This document shows positions 1-21,283 of a stretch of 55,769 nt of DNA, piece by piece. The translations under genes were made by a program, and so were the position numbers. Within the stretch, counting starts at the first letter, position 1. Each line of letters starts with the position of its first letter. A model generated the notes under the pieces. That model was not told the origin of the DNA and did no database searches. It worked only from the letters and a program-made list of their open reading frames with translations. Origin of the DNA: Macrostomum lignano (Eukaryota); the NCBI GenBank assembly GCA_002269645.1, contig NIVC01004196.1:1-55769 (forward strand), in the 5' to 3' direction.

Positions 1-99
1 CCTCCCCCCTTTAAATCTGCCACTGGTCCAACGGAGTAGGGACAACCGTGTCAAAGGCAATCAACCATATAAGTTGACGTAGTTTACGTGATGGGGGGG

Positions 100-660
100 G
101 TTTCACAAACTCGAAATTTCACAATGTTGAAAGCACACTCTTTCATAAGGTTGAAATTTCACAAGGTCAAAATTTCATAACATCAAAACTCGAAAAGCAG
201 CCACTTTCATAAGGTCGAAATTTCACAAGGTCAAAATTTCACAACATTGAAAACTTTAGCAAGAGACTTCATAAGGTCGAAATTTCACAAGGTCAAAATT
301 TCACAACATTGAAAACTCGAAAAGCAGCCACTTTCACAAGGTAGAAATTTCACAAGGTCAAAATTTCACAACATCGAAAACTCGAAAGCAGCCACTTTCA
401 TAAGGTCGAAATTTCACAAGGTCGAAATTTCACAACATTGAAAACTTGAAAAGCAGCCACTTTCATAAGGTAGAAATTTCACAACATTGAAAACTTTAGC
501 AAGAGACTTCATAAGGTCGAAATTTCACAAGATCGAAATTTCACAACATTGAAAACTTTAGCAAGAGACTTCATAAGGTCGAAATTTCACAAGGTCAAAA
601 ACTCAAATAGCAGCACTTTCATAAGATCAAAATTTTACAATGTAAAAACTGAGAATTTAA
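100..660 (+). repeat. Complex tandem array of ~20-nt modules (aaatttcacaaggtc / aaatttcacaacattgaaaact)
   Basis: Modules repeat directly throughout 100-660. Confidence 0.9.
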
Positions 661-1122
661 CAGCTTCAAGTATGAAAATATCAAAATTTTACAATGTAGA
701 AAAATAAAGTCTTTATTGTGTTAATGTTTATATTATTATTTTTTTGTTTTAATAGCTTTGTTTCAGATGTTTTTAATCACCTCTTCTTTAAGTAGTTCAA
801 CGTCAAGGAGTGCTGAGTGCTCTGCTAAGTGTCTTATGACTACTGGGACGATGGGTTAGTTTACATAAGCTGTAAGTTTAGCTATATAGTTGAGAAGCAT
901 TTTGGAATTAGAGCAGTAAAAAGCACCTAAAATTTGGTATCAGAAGTAGGATAAATTTAGGGAAAAGAGAAAAACTTTGAAAAGAAAAAAAAGCCCTATA
1001 ACTTTGGCAATGACTGGTTAGGATAAATTAGACTAAGTGACAAACAGAAAAACACCTACAACATATATAGGCCTACTAAACAACAATAGGATATAGAAAA
1101 GCCTTGAAGGCTTACAATTATT

Positions 1123-1217
1123 AAGTCTTCTGCTAGAGTTTTTGATGTTGTGAAATTTCGACCTTATGAAGTCTTCTGCTAGAGTTTTCAATGTTGTGAA
1201 ATTTCGACCTTGTGAAA
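1123..1217 (-). repeat. Inverted copy of the 100-660 array modules
   Basis: Reverse complement reads ...ctttcacaaggtcgaaatttcacaacattgaaaactctagcagaagacttcataaggtcg..., matching the forward array. Confidence 0.85.
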
Positions 1218-1602
1218 GCACCTCTACGTGATTAGAGAAGTACATGTACACATGTATATGTAATTCACGATCATTACAAAATACACAATTCAACCAGGAT
1301 TTTTGATAGTCTGTTCAACAATTGTTCTTAGGGTCTCAACATTTGTTTTACTATAAGCATATGTAACACACCAGGAAAAGCATAGTATATGTACGAGCTA
1401 TATGTGTGGTATGTGAGGCTTACCACTTTGGCTTATTTAACATGAAAACACAACACAATGGATGACAACTTAACTGCCCCTCTGTTTTAACCACTCCTTG
1501 GTTGTATGTGGCCAAACTGACTGTTGCTGAATTGACTTGTTGCTGAATTGCCTGTCGCCAAGTCAACCTGTCGCCAAATTACCTGGTTCCTGTCTCAAAG
1601 AT

Positions 1603-1964
1603 TTTTATTAGAGGCAGGGGGTTGTGTGCACCCTGGCGCAATTTAAGCGTCATTGGCACACAACCGGCGAGAGGCATTACTGCCCATTCCGCCGACTCCC
1701 TTGAGCAGGCATACAAGCGCGCGGATACGTTACGCAGGCACACACTCACACAGGAGTGTACAGCGGCCCTAACTTTATCAATTGTTAGGCATGTACACTT
1801 CACTGCGCCTTGGGGGGGGGGGGTTGGCTCTCAAGGCCGTTAATTGCACAAGCGAGCCAAGCCAAGATTCCAATCCAGCCCCAAATTAATGTGGCTGCAC
1901 TTGGAATCGAGCCTGGGTTACGGCACACCAGAGCAGCTGCGCTACCCCTGGGCTACGGCCCCCC
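1603..1964 (-). mobile_element. tRNA-derived SINE with target-site duplication
   Basis: Minus-strand head GGGGCCGTAGCCCAGGGGTAGCG...GGCTCGATTCCAAGTGCAGCCAC has A-box and B-box-like motifs; tail is A-rich; flanked by a 14-bp direct repeat cctgtctcaaagat (1589-1602 and 1965-1978). Confidence 0.8.
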
Positions 1965-2053
1965 CCTGTCTCAAAGATACATATATACCAGTGAAGAAGT
2001 AGGCCTATAGGCCTATTAATAAAATAGTCAATTTATCATAGTTTACACTTGAA

Positions 2054-2647
2054 CCAGCATGGAATTCTTGCATCTGGCATATAAAACAGAAAATTGCAAC
2101 TTTTTTTGGTGCGCAATTCCATATTAAACCAAACGCAATTTTACAATCCTAAACAAAATTTAGTCGCACAATTTTTAGCATTACCAATTGTCAAAATAAT
2201 GTTTTGCGATAGTCTTATTCTTGCATTTTTTGATGACTTGTTACAATAAATATTAAACTGATTATCTTTGTTTTTTAAGTAGAGAATTTTAAATTTGAAC
2301 AGTTCATAAATAATGAACTATAAATGTTACATTTTTGTAGTAATTCTAGATTAAAAATAGTAAAGTCAGTAATTTAAACTGTGCAAACAATCGCAAAAAA
2401 TTCACAATTTTTGTTGCATTTTTTGCAGCCTGTACAGGTGCACATTTTTTTTGCGTTGCACAATTTTTTGCAATTTTTTTTCCCGAATGCAAAAATGTGT
2501 TGCAATTTTTGTGCAAGAATTCCAGGCAATCTTCAAGTTTCGTTCGTTTAATTATTTCCGGAATTATTTCGCCCTCTATTCAAGGGTGGTGGGGGGGGTG
2601 TTGGAATTAAACGAACGAAACTTGAAGATAACCGAATTCCATCCTGG
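2054..2647. mobile_element. MITE-like element with short terminal inverted repeats and an internal perfect hairpin
   Basis: ccagcatggaattc (2054) versus gaattccatcctgg (ends 2647); internal tgca/ttttt-rich subterminal motifs; 25-bp perfect inverted repeat at 2529-2553 and 2605-2629. Confidence 0.5.
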
Positions 2648-4874
2648 CACTTGAACAATATAGATAACCTAGACACTACTTAGACACTACCGCACTATTT
2701 TAGTGTCTAAAATTTGGGGGCTACACAGAGCTTGGTAATTAGAAAGTGAAGTAGAATGAAGTCTGAAGAATCTAGAATTAGATATATCAACACAGTAGCT
2801 TAATGTAATTATGACTAGGGTCTAGGCCTGTATGTGTTTCAAATAATTTTTATGTTCTCTTTCCTATCTAACATTACAAACGATAGATAGGCCATTTGAA
2901 ACTTGATGAACGATCTAGCAGCAGGGATTATGAAAATAAAATACTTACACGAGGCACTTCGAGCAACTACAGTTGGAGAAACAAGTCGCAGAATCTTGTG
3001 CTTAAAAAGTCCAGAGCTAAAGCATGGGCCTTTTGCAAGAACTTTCAAGCTAGCAGACATTTTAAGCAATTGTTTTATTTTTTATTGATAATATTGTATA
3101 ATAAACTGAGGAACTTCAGACTTCGTATTTCGTGAATGTAAAAATATATTTTCAGGTGTAGATATCGTTTATGCGAAGGAAGAGGTGTTTAAAGTTTTTC
3201 CAGGAAAGTAGCATGAACCTTTGTCCATTTTAACAAATCAAATTACTTAAACCGAATGCCACAAGAACTTCTAGAACATTTATTTCAGATATATCAAAAG
3301 AAAATAAACAGCTGTTTTTATACAGCAGCAGTTTACATATATTTGTCATAAATTTTCTTTGCTATTTTCTTAGCGTTGCGTTTAAAGATATATGTACTAG
3401 TATATTTCCATCTTCAATCAATTAGACATTAATAAGAAGCCAGTGATACGGCATTGGAACCTAATACGGCATTGGAGCTTCTTAAGCAATCTCTAAGGAG
3501 CAAAGGTGAAGTAACGCTTATTATAATTGGGTTTATAAAGCACAATATAGTTCTGCTGCTAAAGTAATTATTCGTTTCTTTTTATACTACCATCTGATCG
3601 AGATTCTTGGCAATTTATGTATGAAATAAAACTATCTGACATGCATGTTTACATTTTCCATGTTCCACTACAATTATACATGTCCATAATGTACTTTAAA
3701 ATAATGGACAGAGTACACCCGGATCACAGGGAGGAAGCTGGGGAGGTGTGCAAAAATAATATTAGTGCTGGGGAGGCCCAGGGCGTGCCTACATCAAACA
3801 CATGTGATTTTACTGCAAGCATGTCCAAAACTTGACATACATGTGCGCTTGCAGCCATGACAATCTGCATGGTGGCGCGGCCGTGTATACGAGCTATATT
3901 ACCCTGCAATTAAAGATCGCGAAGTCGCAATGATGAAGCCTTCGGTGCAATTACGATCAACAATCAAGCAAGGAGAGACCCTTGGCATTGGACATTAGTT
4001 AGCATGGAGCATGTACGTATAATCTTCTACATGTATTTGAATATGATTGTTGCATCTTTGCAGCATTTTTGCCTATGTTGATTGGCCTTCTCCTTAAGAA
4101 GCAAAACGTACACAGTTTACTGAGTCTATAGTAAGTGAACATGATAACTGATTCAAATATGATTACACCTCGTGCGTCAGCCATGCATCTTCAATCTTGT
4201 AACAAAGGACCACTGGAACACTTCGTTATATAGTCTAGTAGTCCTTGTCTTGTAAGCGCACTATCGTTACGCAGTACATATACATGTAGTGCTGTACGTC
4301 ATATGCTGGTACATGTACATTTACACGTCAGAATTTCTCTATAAAAACAAAATGAATAGCAGAGAGAAAATCTTCAATTAAAAGTATAAAGCCTTTTGAA
4401 ACTGTGATATAGTGACACGATGGACTTTCAAATAGTTTGTGTGTACTCATACTCGTTGACTCACTAGCAGTGGCGTTTGTTATTTACCGACTTAGTGAAT
4501 TCTATTCAACCCCACCCCATGCGCCCGTGCATCTGTCTGCACCCACCACCTCATTGCTATAACTAATAAATATTGTCAGCCTAGCTCTCAAGCGAGCACC
4601 TACAATTCAACACTGTTGCCTCAGTTAATAAAGTTATCACAGAAACAAACAAAAGGTATAATATTTTTACAAAATGACACAAAAAGGACGGATAAAATTT
4701 AGGCGTATGCTGCACGTACACACTTATATTTTTGGGTTGCTCATTTTCACAGATAATTCAGGCATACATGAAGATTCGCACACGAGCGTCAGTAGTCTGT
4801 CGCATATTTTCCAAACTGACACCTGAACCAGCCTGAGTTGGCTCAAGGGGAAATATCCCTTACAATTTTTTGGT

Positions 4875-5316
4875 GCAGGCACACGAAATTCGAAAGTACA
4901 CATGCTAAAGTTCTGTTGCGCACCTTCTCAAACAATAATGAAATCGTCAGCGAGCCAGAACATTCGAGATATTCAACAATTCTGCCAGAAGGTCCCAGTC
5001 CCAGCCCTGCCAAGCCTCCAAATCTCATCAGCACGTCGATCACATGTACTCGTATCTCAGCTCTGATGAAGGCACTTGTTGATGACCCAGAAGTTCCTCC
5101 TGGGTGAAGGCCAGTGACCAACGAAGGCAGAGCTGATGCAGACACATGTGGTCGACTTGCTGATGAAATTTGGAGGCCTGGCAAGGCCGCAACCTGATCT
5201 TCTGGTAGAATTGTTGAATATCTCGACGCCCCCCAGAGGGCTGGCGACTTGATTCTTGTTGGAGAAAAGGAGCACAACAAAAAATTAGCACGTGCTCATG
5301 AATTTCGTGTGCCTGC
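4875..5316. other. Long imperfect inverted repeat (~215-bp arms, ~9-nt loop near 5095)
   Basis: Paired blocks: gcaggcacacgaaattc/gaatttcgtgtgcctgc; gagatattcaacaattctgccagaag/cttctggtagaattgttgaatatctc; gcctccaaatctcatcagcacgtcgatcacatgt/acatgtggtcgacttgctgatgaaatttggaggc; tcagctctg/cagagctga; acccag/ctgggt. Confidence 0.85.
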
Positions 5317-5847
5317 GCGTCTTAGTTCCGGCAGAATCCCCACTTGGTAGTTCGACGTGCGGAAAAATGATCAACTTGGTGTTCCCACTGTTACGCAATC
5401 AATCGAATCCAGTCTCAATTGCAAAATTCACCTGCGACTAGCTGAAAGCTGCCGATGAACAATTAATTGACTTTTTATCAACAATAAATGATACTTTGCG
5501 AATCCTGCATTTTCGTTTAAAAAATTCTACTTTTAAATTCAAATTCGCGCCGAATGGATGGCCGCATTGTTAAACGCGTTTAACCACTAAAAATTAATCT
5601 TTTAACACACAAAATGCTTGGTTTTAGCTTTAAAACTAAGATTTACAGTTGCTAAGACGAATGTTATAATGTGTTTAAGTCATTTTATGGTGGATTAACA
5701 AAGTCTTAACTTATTGGCGCCAATTTAAATTAGAATTAAACAACGAAAACGCAGGATCATCAAAATATTTTGCCTGTATTCCTTGTGGAAATTTTTAGAT
5801 TCCCTTCAATCCCTAGACTTTGAGAACAGGTGTGTTACCCAATTAGT

Positions 5848-6258
5848 TTAGGCTCGACCCTCAACTTTCACTTTTTGCACGGCAACAAAATGATCGCTAG
5901 CCGAGGTGATTAGAAACCGCAGGTGCCAGACGTTAATTTTCTTTTTCAAAGGAATGCTGGCCGTGTTGAAGCTGCCCTCAGCCTGGTCAAGATCCTCCTC
6001 GCACAGGGGATCAAAGTTCTCGCCGTCCTGATTGGGGCACATGAACACTTCCATGTGTTGGATATTCACGTGCGACAGACTAATGCTGCTGATCTCCATC
6101 TGCGAGTTGAAGCTGATGACGAACTCCTGCGGGAAGAGGCCCGTTGACATCCAGAATTCTTTGGGATCGTCGGTTAAAATAAAGTCCGGCCGATGGTTGG
6201 GATCGGATGAGGTTGCCACGGTAACCATGGCGCTCTCTGGATTAGCGACATCAAACAT
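5848..6258 (-). CDS. IFT25: Intraflagellar transport protein 25 (HSPB11), intronless, 136 aa
   Basis: MFDVA...VATSSDPNHRP...FWMSTGLFPQEFVISF...HLRFLITSASDHFVAV matches the IFT25 family. The true ATG is at 6258; the 23 upstream codons of the track ORF cross a splice acceptor. Confidence 0.9.
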   Translation of the reverse strand: MFDVANPESAMVTVATSSDPNHRPDFILTDDPKEFWMSTGLFPQEFVISFNSQMEISSISLSHVNIQHMEVFMCPNQDGENFDPLCEEDLDQAEGSFNTASIPLKKKINVWHLRFLITSASDHFVAVQKVKVEGRA

Positions 6259-6265
6259 TAGTCGG

Positions 6266-6280
6266 CTGCAGAGGAGGCAT
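6266..6280 (-). promoter_or_regulatory. Splice acceptor (cctcctctgcag) 7 nt before the IFT25 ATG
   Basis: Pyrimidine tract plus CAG followed by ccgactaATG; may be a cis 5'UTR intron acceptor or a trans-splice site. Confidence 0.55.
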
Positions 6281-8774
6281 GCATCAATTTTGATGAGGAA
6301 TACAGTTGTTACGAAAATGTTATGCATGCTATATTGAGGCAGGCCCTATTTTGATCGTACTCTTGAACCGCCATAGATGTTTTGGTAACAATTTGTGTTT
6401 AAATGGTTAAAAATGAAATGGTTATATCATTTTTCTGAACTGAAGCATATACCTTAACTTCTGAGGTGTCTAGGAATCGTAAATTTGAGTATGATAGATG
6501 AAACCAGAAGTATCTAAATATATTTCATTAAAGGAAAAAAGTAAAAACAAATTAAATCTGTAAATTAGCTTATACAAGTATGTGTATTGCACTATTGCAA
6601 TATTGCACTAGAATGCATAATTTTGCTACCTGCTACCATGCTACCTGCTACCAAAATCTGCTACCATTTTTGCTACCAAGCGAATTTTTGCCAAAAACAG
6701 AGCCACCCATCTGCCCCCTTCCCAGGGTTTACCTTCCAGAATCTGCCCACCCCTCCCTCAACAAATTTCTGGTTGCACTAAAACTGCTGAGTTGTCATTA
6801 TCCTTGACCTTGTATTGAAAAATATATCTAAGAGTATTATATACTAAATAAACTAAACTCCATTTGAAGATCTGATGCTAAATATTTCTAGACCTAATTA
6901 TGTCACAAAGCATTCTCATCAAAACAATATATAAAATGTTGAATGCCATTGCCAAACAAAGGCATGCACAGTCACAGATAAACAAAATTACTGCTTAAGT
7001 ATCCCAACCCCTAATTGTCAAAAATAGTGCTTAAAATTGTTCAAAATGTTAATTAAAAAATCATTTTTATGCAAAGCAAATTAATAATTAGGATACCTCT
7101 GCAGTATTTAGCAATTAAAGTAACCCTTTTCAACCAGAATAAGTTTTAGTTTGGTTTGGTAGACTGTATAGCTAGAGACTGGTAGACTGGTAAGGTAAAT
7201 AAAGACAGGTAGACTTTGTTCCTCAACCTAAGGTAAACATATTGTACATGGTAAAACGAGTCACATATGCTTAAACTTATCTAAAAAAATACAATGCGTT
7301 TTAAAAATACTGCATAAGGTAATTTTCTGTCCCATATAAAAAATAGGAAATCAAACTCAAAGCAGATTCTATCAGAAAGTATCAAGTAATATACTTAAGT
7401 GAAAAGGCTAATTGGTTAATTTTATTTTCTAACATGGAGATCAATCGTTGCTAAATAATTTTTTGTGGTTAAAATCCTGAAATTTGTTGCGTTTTTTACA
7501 CACAACGATTGTAATTTCGTTAAAAAGAATTCGGAATGTAAAATCAAAATCGTGTGTTGAAGCTGGAAGCATGTATTTTAACAAAAGACATTAAAAACTT
7601 AAATCTATTTAGAAACAAATATTTTTTTAAATATACAAGTGAGTTTTTGTTAAATATAGGTTGAAAGTAATTGAGACTTCACTTAAAACTATACCCAAAG
7701 CCCCGTCAAATCTTTTTATGTCTTGATCCAGTTTAAGTATTTGCACAATAGTCAAATAAATGTATTGCAATATAAAAACGACTTATGAGCGCTATTGATT
7801 TGATAAAAAAATACATAACTTTTTTCATACGCATGATAAAAAGTAATTCCAAGACTCATGGATTTTATTTGAGAAAATGGGCTAATTAACGTACACACCC
7901 AAGTTCGAAAATAGAGTTGAGAGTATATTTTTTTACATTTACGAACAAAAAGGTATGGTTTTGCATTGCGCAGTTTGCATGCATTGAAGTTTCTCTACTC
8001 GAGTGCTACTCTTAATATACAATCAACAAATTTCGCATGGGTTTCCAAATACATATATATGAATAGAATGAGCTGAACTTCCGGAGCAAAAATTTGTTGT
8101 AGAATCTCTAATCCTATGTTTATACAAGAGTAATGATATTACAACACGCCTATTCAAACAAAGCAAATTTAAGTTAAGAACGTGATATTTCATAAACTGA
8201 CATATATACATGTCATTTATGTTACATGTAATACCTGTACTGTATTATTACGAAAGCAAGAGATTAAACACGACCGGGACTTGGGCTTTCCGTGAACCGG
8301 ATCGAGTTACGAAAAACCCAGTAAAGACTGAGACATGCGAGCAACCATTAATTATAATAAACATATAGTAAATGACTAAACTATTTTCAATAAACGCACG
8401 TGTATTTCTGTTAGTCTAGCAGGAAGCTAAAATCCTAAGAGAAACGACACAGCAATGGACATGACACATACTGAAGTACCTTGCGCAACGGACACCAACT
8501 GTATTGAGAATTAATTGGACCTTGCTAACATAAAAAACTCTCACAGAACTGCTGTTTATAAAAACAAATGTCAAGAGTTTACACATAAAATGAGTAGACT
8601 GTAACAACAAGCGAACATGAAATTATTAAGCTATGGAGGCAAGCCAAGTGTTTTAGAGTTTAGTATATAAAAATTAGTAGATAAAATACAGCTGTACCGT
8701 CGCATTACGAACTATAATTCTAAAATTATCGCAGGAAGTCAATGTCTCTATAGTTACTACTCAATAGTTTAGCA

Positions 8775-17533
<8,759 letters not shown>

Positions 17534-20500
17534 AGCAAAGCCAATTTAAGGGTGTTTATTAATATGTAGATTCAGATGTAATCCTAATAGACTTATCTAG
17601 TGAAGGCTTTTAGTGTTAAACCCGATAATAGTAGAAATGTATCTCACGATAATTAGTTCTTGTTGTTACTTGTGTTCCTAGAAAACATTATTTTAAAAAG
17701 TATTTCTAAGACAAAATCGGAACTCCCTAAATCAAATAATTTAATAAACTTTATACACTTAAAAAATTTTTGCATTTTTTATCTCAAACAAATGCGTTGC
17801 CTGTAATGTAAACAAACGTTTTTGTTTTTACGCTATTATATTATTTTGTTTAATTTAAAAAAAACTGTTAAAATTTCGCTATAAAAAACACTCGACGACG
17901 ACGCCTCGTCGATATTATACTGCGCTGCACCACCACCGTGAATAATGGGTTGAATTGCAATTTACGTGGGATTTTTTGTATAGGGGAACATTTTCCTAGA
18001 TATTTTCTTGCAATTTTTCGCACAAATATTTACTTTTACTGTGTATACAAGTATATATAATTTGCGAAGTGTACCTTAAAAAAATTGCCAAGTTGATCTG
18101 CTTATATTGTTGCAGAGTAGCAATTTGATGCAAATTAGTCCTATACGCTATATATAAGTTAAGTAACAGTAAAGGTGCAATGCCTTTAATACGATTATTT
18201 GCATCAAAAAATAGATTTTGATAAACTAGTTAGGCCACCTAGCAAATACAATTAGTTGGAACTTTAAAAGGGAGGGGACTGACTTCTGTTCTGAGAGACA
18301 AAAGCTTGATTTGGGCCTAGAATTAGAGAATTAGACAAGTTGAATCTCTAAGCATGTATTTAATCCTAGGTAAATTTTACATTTTACATTTTACTGAATA
18401 TTTTATTAAGTAGGCCTAGGCCTAACAATTGATCACAATAACATTTGAATAGGCCTATTACAGTACTAGGCCTATAGCCAAGCCTTGCAAAATCTGATGA
18501 CAAAGGAATTATAGTTAATTTAGTGATAGTCAGTTTGGTGACAGTCACTTTGGTGATATCCATTTCAGTAATAATTTACTTTGGTGCCAAATATATGTGT
18601 ACATATTTTGTAAACATAGAGTAGGCCCTATTTACTTCACTGTCCATAATTATTTATATATATTTATTTGTTTTTAAAGAATAAAGGTGATTAAAAATAT
18701 ATGCAAATTTCTATAGGCCTCTATAGGCCCTACTCATTATCACTCAAAAACATTCTCATATATATGCATCTCAAAGTGGACTACACAAAAGATTGTATCG
18801 CATCCTTTGTGCAACTCAAATGCCAATTCCAATTATGGTTCTGGCCAAAGTTGTTATGTTCAAGATTGTCATCTGTGGCTTACAAGAAAAACAACTAAAT
18901 TATTTGAATTGTCATTATCTCAGTATTAGGCCTAGACAATGCTGCATTCACTAAATCGTCATACGTGTTACATTGGTTGCACAAGGATCTTAGCTCATGG
19001 CGACAGCATGTTCTTGTTTGCCAACAAATTAAAATGATTTACAGTGTATAACTTAAGGTTTATTCAAACTACCATCAAATGAGCCATCAAAATCATACAG
19101 TCAAATTCAAAGGAATCAAATTAAAATTATTAAATGAGCCTCTATAGGCCAGGGAAAATAATCTTGATTATGCATATACATGCATGAAATGAAAATATGC
19201 AAGTATGAAATATAAAAATATGCATGAAAATCCTAAATTAATACACCCTTGCCTTTGGTCAAAGTCATCATATTTAAATGTTTAAGTCTTCCAGATTTGT
19301 TCAAGTCGTCATTATCATATGACAATTTTGAATATGATGATTTTGGCTACACCCTCCAATTATATATATCAAGTGAACTACATATGTATTAAATATAACT
19401 TTATGATCAAATCTCAACTAGGGGTCTAGCAAATTAAAATAAATATAAAATAAAACCTTAGATCAAATCCAGGCTATTAATAAACTATAAATGATAAATA
19501 AATAATAAATATAAAGATATAAAGTCACGTGATTGCTCTCAGCCAATAGCAACTTACATGTATGTGTTGCCAATAGAAATGGCTAGGTGATTCCCAAGGT
19601 TGCACCCAAGCATGCTCTCTTAACCAATTGATTTATCATTCACTTATTCACTTATGCAGCATTGCAAACTGCAGTACTAAATTGCACTATAGCCTGTACC
19701 CTGTAGGCTACACTCTACATACTGTACTTTATATGTCTGACAAACTAACTTCTATATGTACACTTGTGCACTCATATATATATGATGATCATCTTTAGTT
19801 TTTTCTATGGAACAAAAGACTTTCCAAAATTAAAAGCACATTTTGCTTAACAAAATATATTCCTTAATTATCTAAAAAAATAATGTAGAGACTTTATTTT
19901 TAGATAAAAACATATTTTCTATTTAGTATTTTGCATTTAATTCTAGTAGAGTAGCTCACTTAATAAATAGGAATAAAATGAATGAGAGAACAAACATTAA
20001 CTTGTTTTTATTTACTTTAATTCAATTGCCAATGCATTTCGACCCTTGTAGGTCATCGTCAAGGCTGTAGTGAAATTAAAAATTCTAATAAGCAGTTGAA
20101 TAAATATACCTGTGATAAGTTGAATAAACAATATAAATTATTGTATATAGTTTTCAATCGAAACAAGTTAACACACGGTGCAGTAGTGTACACTCCAAGC
20201 TAAAACACACTGAGTTGGCGGCTGGCACCCCATTGGCATCTAATTCTAATTTTAAATTTAGTTTTAGGCACCAAAAAACTAACTAAGATACCAAAATGTC
20301 AGGTACCAAAAAGCACAGGCACCAAAACATGTAGATACTATTTAGAGAACTAAATATAGCAATGAAATTGTCTTGAGTTGAAAGTAAAATTGATAATAAT
20401 TGATTATTATATATAAACTATTGACAATAAATTCTAAACAAGAAAATAAAAGCAAAGTTTTAATGAACAAAATTATGACAAAGTCTAAATTTGATTTTAT

Positions 20501-21283
20501 ATTCAAACTTTTGTATTATAATCAGTCTTAAGTCATAAAGGTATACAAGTTAAATACCAAATATATTCTTTGAATTGTCAACCCAATTTACAAAATATTA
20601 ATACAACTAAACAAGGTTTATTTAACCAATTTTAATTTTGTAAATGCTGTTTTTAAATGAATTTGTAGCTGCATTTATTAAATTTCAGATGGCTTAAGCA
20701 TTTGTATGAAAAATGATAATCTTATCTTAGAAACTTTTGTGATATCCATTGTACTAACAATTAAAACTATGAATTAAAAATAGATCAAAATTAGTTTCAT
20801 TAAATAAATATATAAAACAAATATAAAGGAACAATTTGTTACAGAAAAATATTTTTATAAACTAAGACTGGTTCTTTATCTTTCTATTAAAAATGACTAA
20901 GAAATTTAAAAAGTGTTCACATGTATCAATAAGAATCTTATCATAATGTTCATATTTCCCTCCTATCTAGACAATAAGAGAATATTATAAGTAGTTATAA
21001 TGTTAATGTTCTATGTGTAAAAATTAACCTCTAATACCAAGTTGTCTTAAAATTTTATCACTAAGTAGGAATCTAGCAAAAATGCATAAACATCAAAGGA
21101 AATACCAACTATTTCATAGACAGGCACCTTAATTTCTAACAAGGAAGAAGCATAAATTATAGCAATTTAATTATAACAAAAATTTAATCTACCTTAAACC
21201 ACAATTGATTTACAATTGCAATTTTTTTAAAGCTTTCATTTGAATTTCAAGTAATCCCTTTTACTATGCCTTTTCATTTGCAG

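Noticed and set aside
3928-4155. Box C/D snoRNA starting at aatgatga (~3930)
   Set aside because: No CTGA at a plausible distance and no terminal stem.
5060-5220. Hammerhead ribozyme suggested by CTGATGA at 5063 and 5160
   Set aside because: No correctly placed GAAA or stem II/III could be built; CTGATGA hits at 18498, 29538 and 43960 fail the same way.
20689-20700. tttcag|ATG as the SAFB-like start exon
   Set aside because: The frame stops after two codons (ATG GCT TAA).
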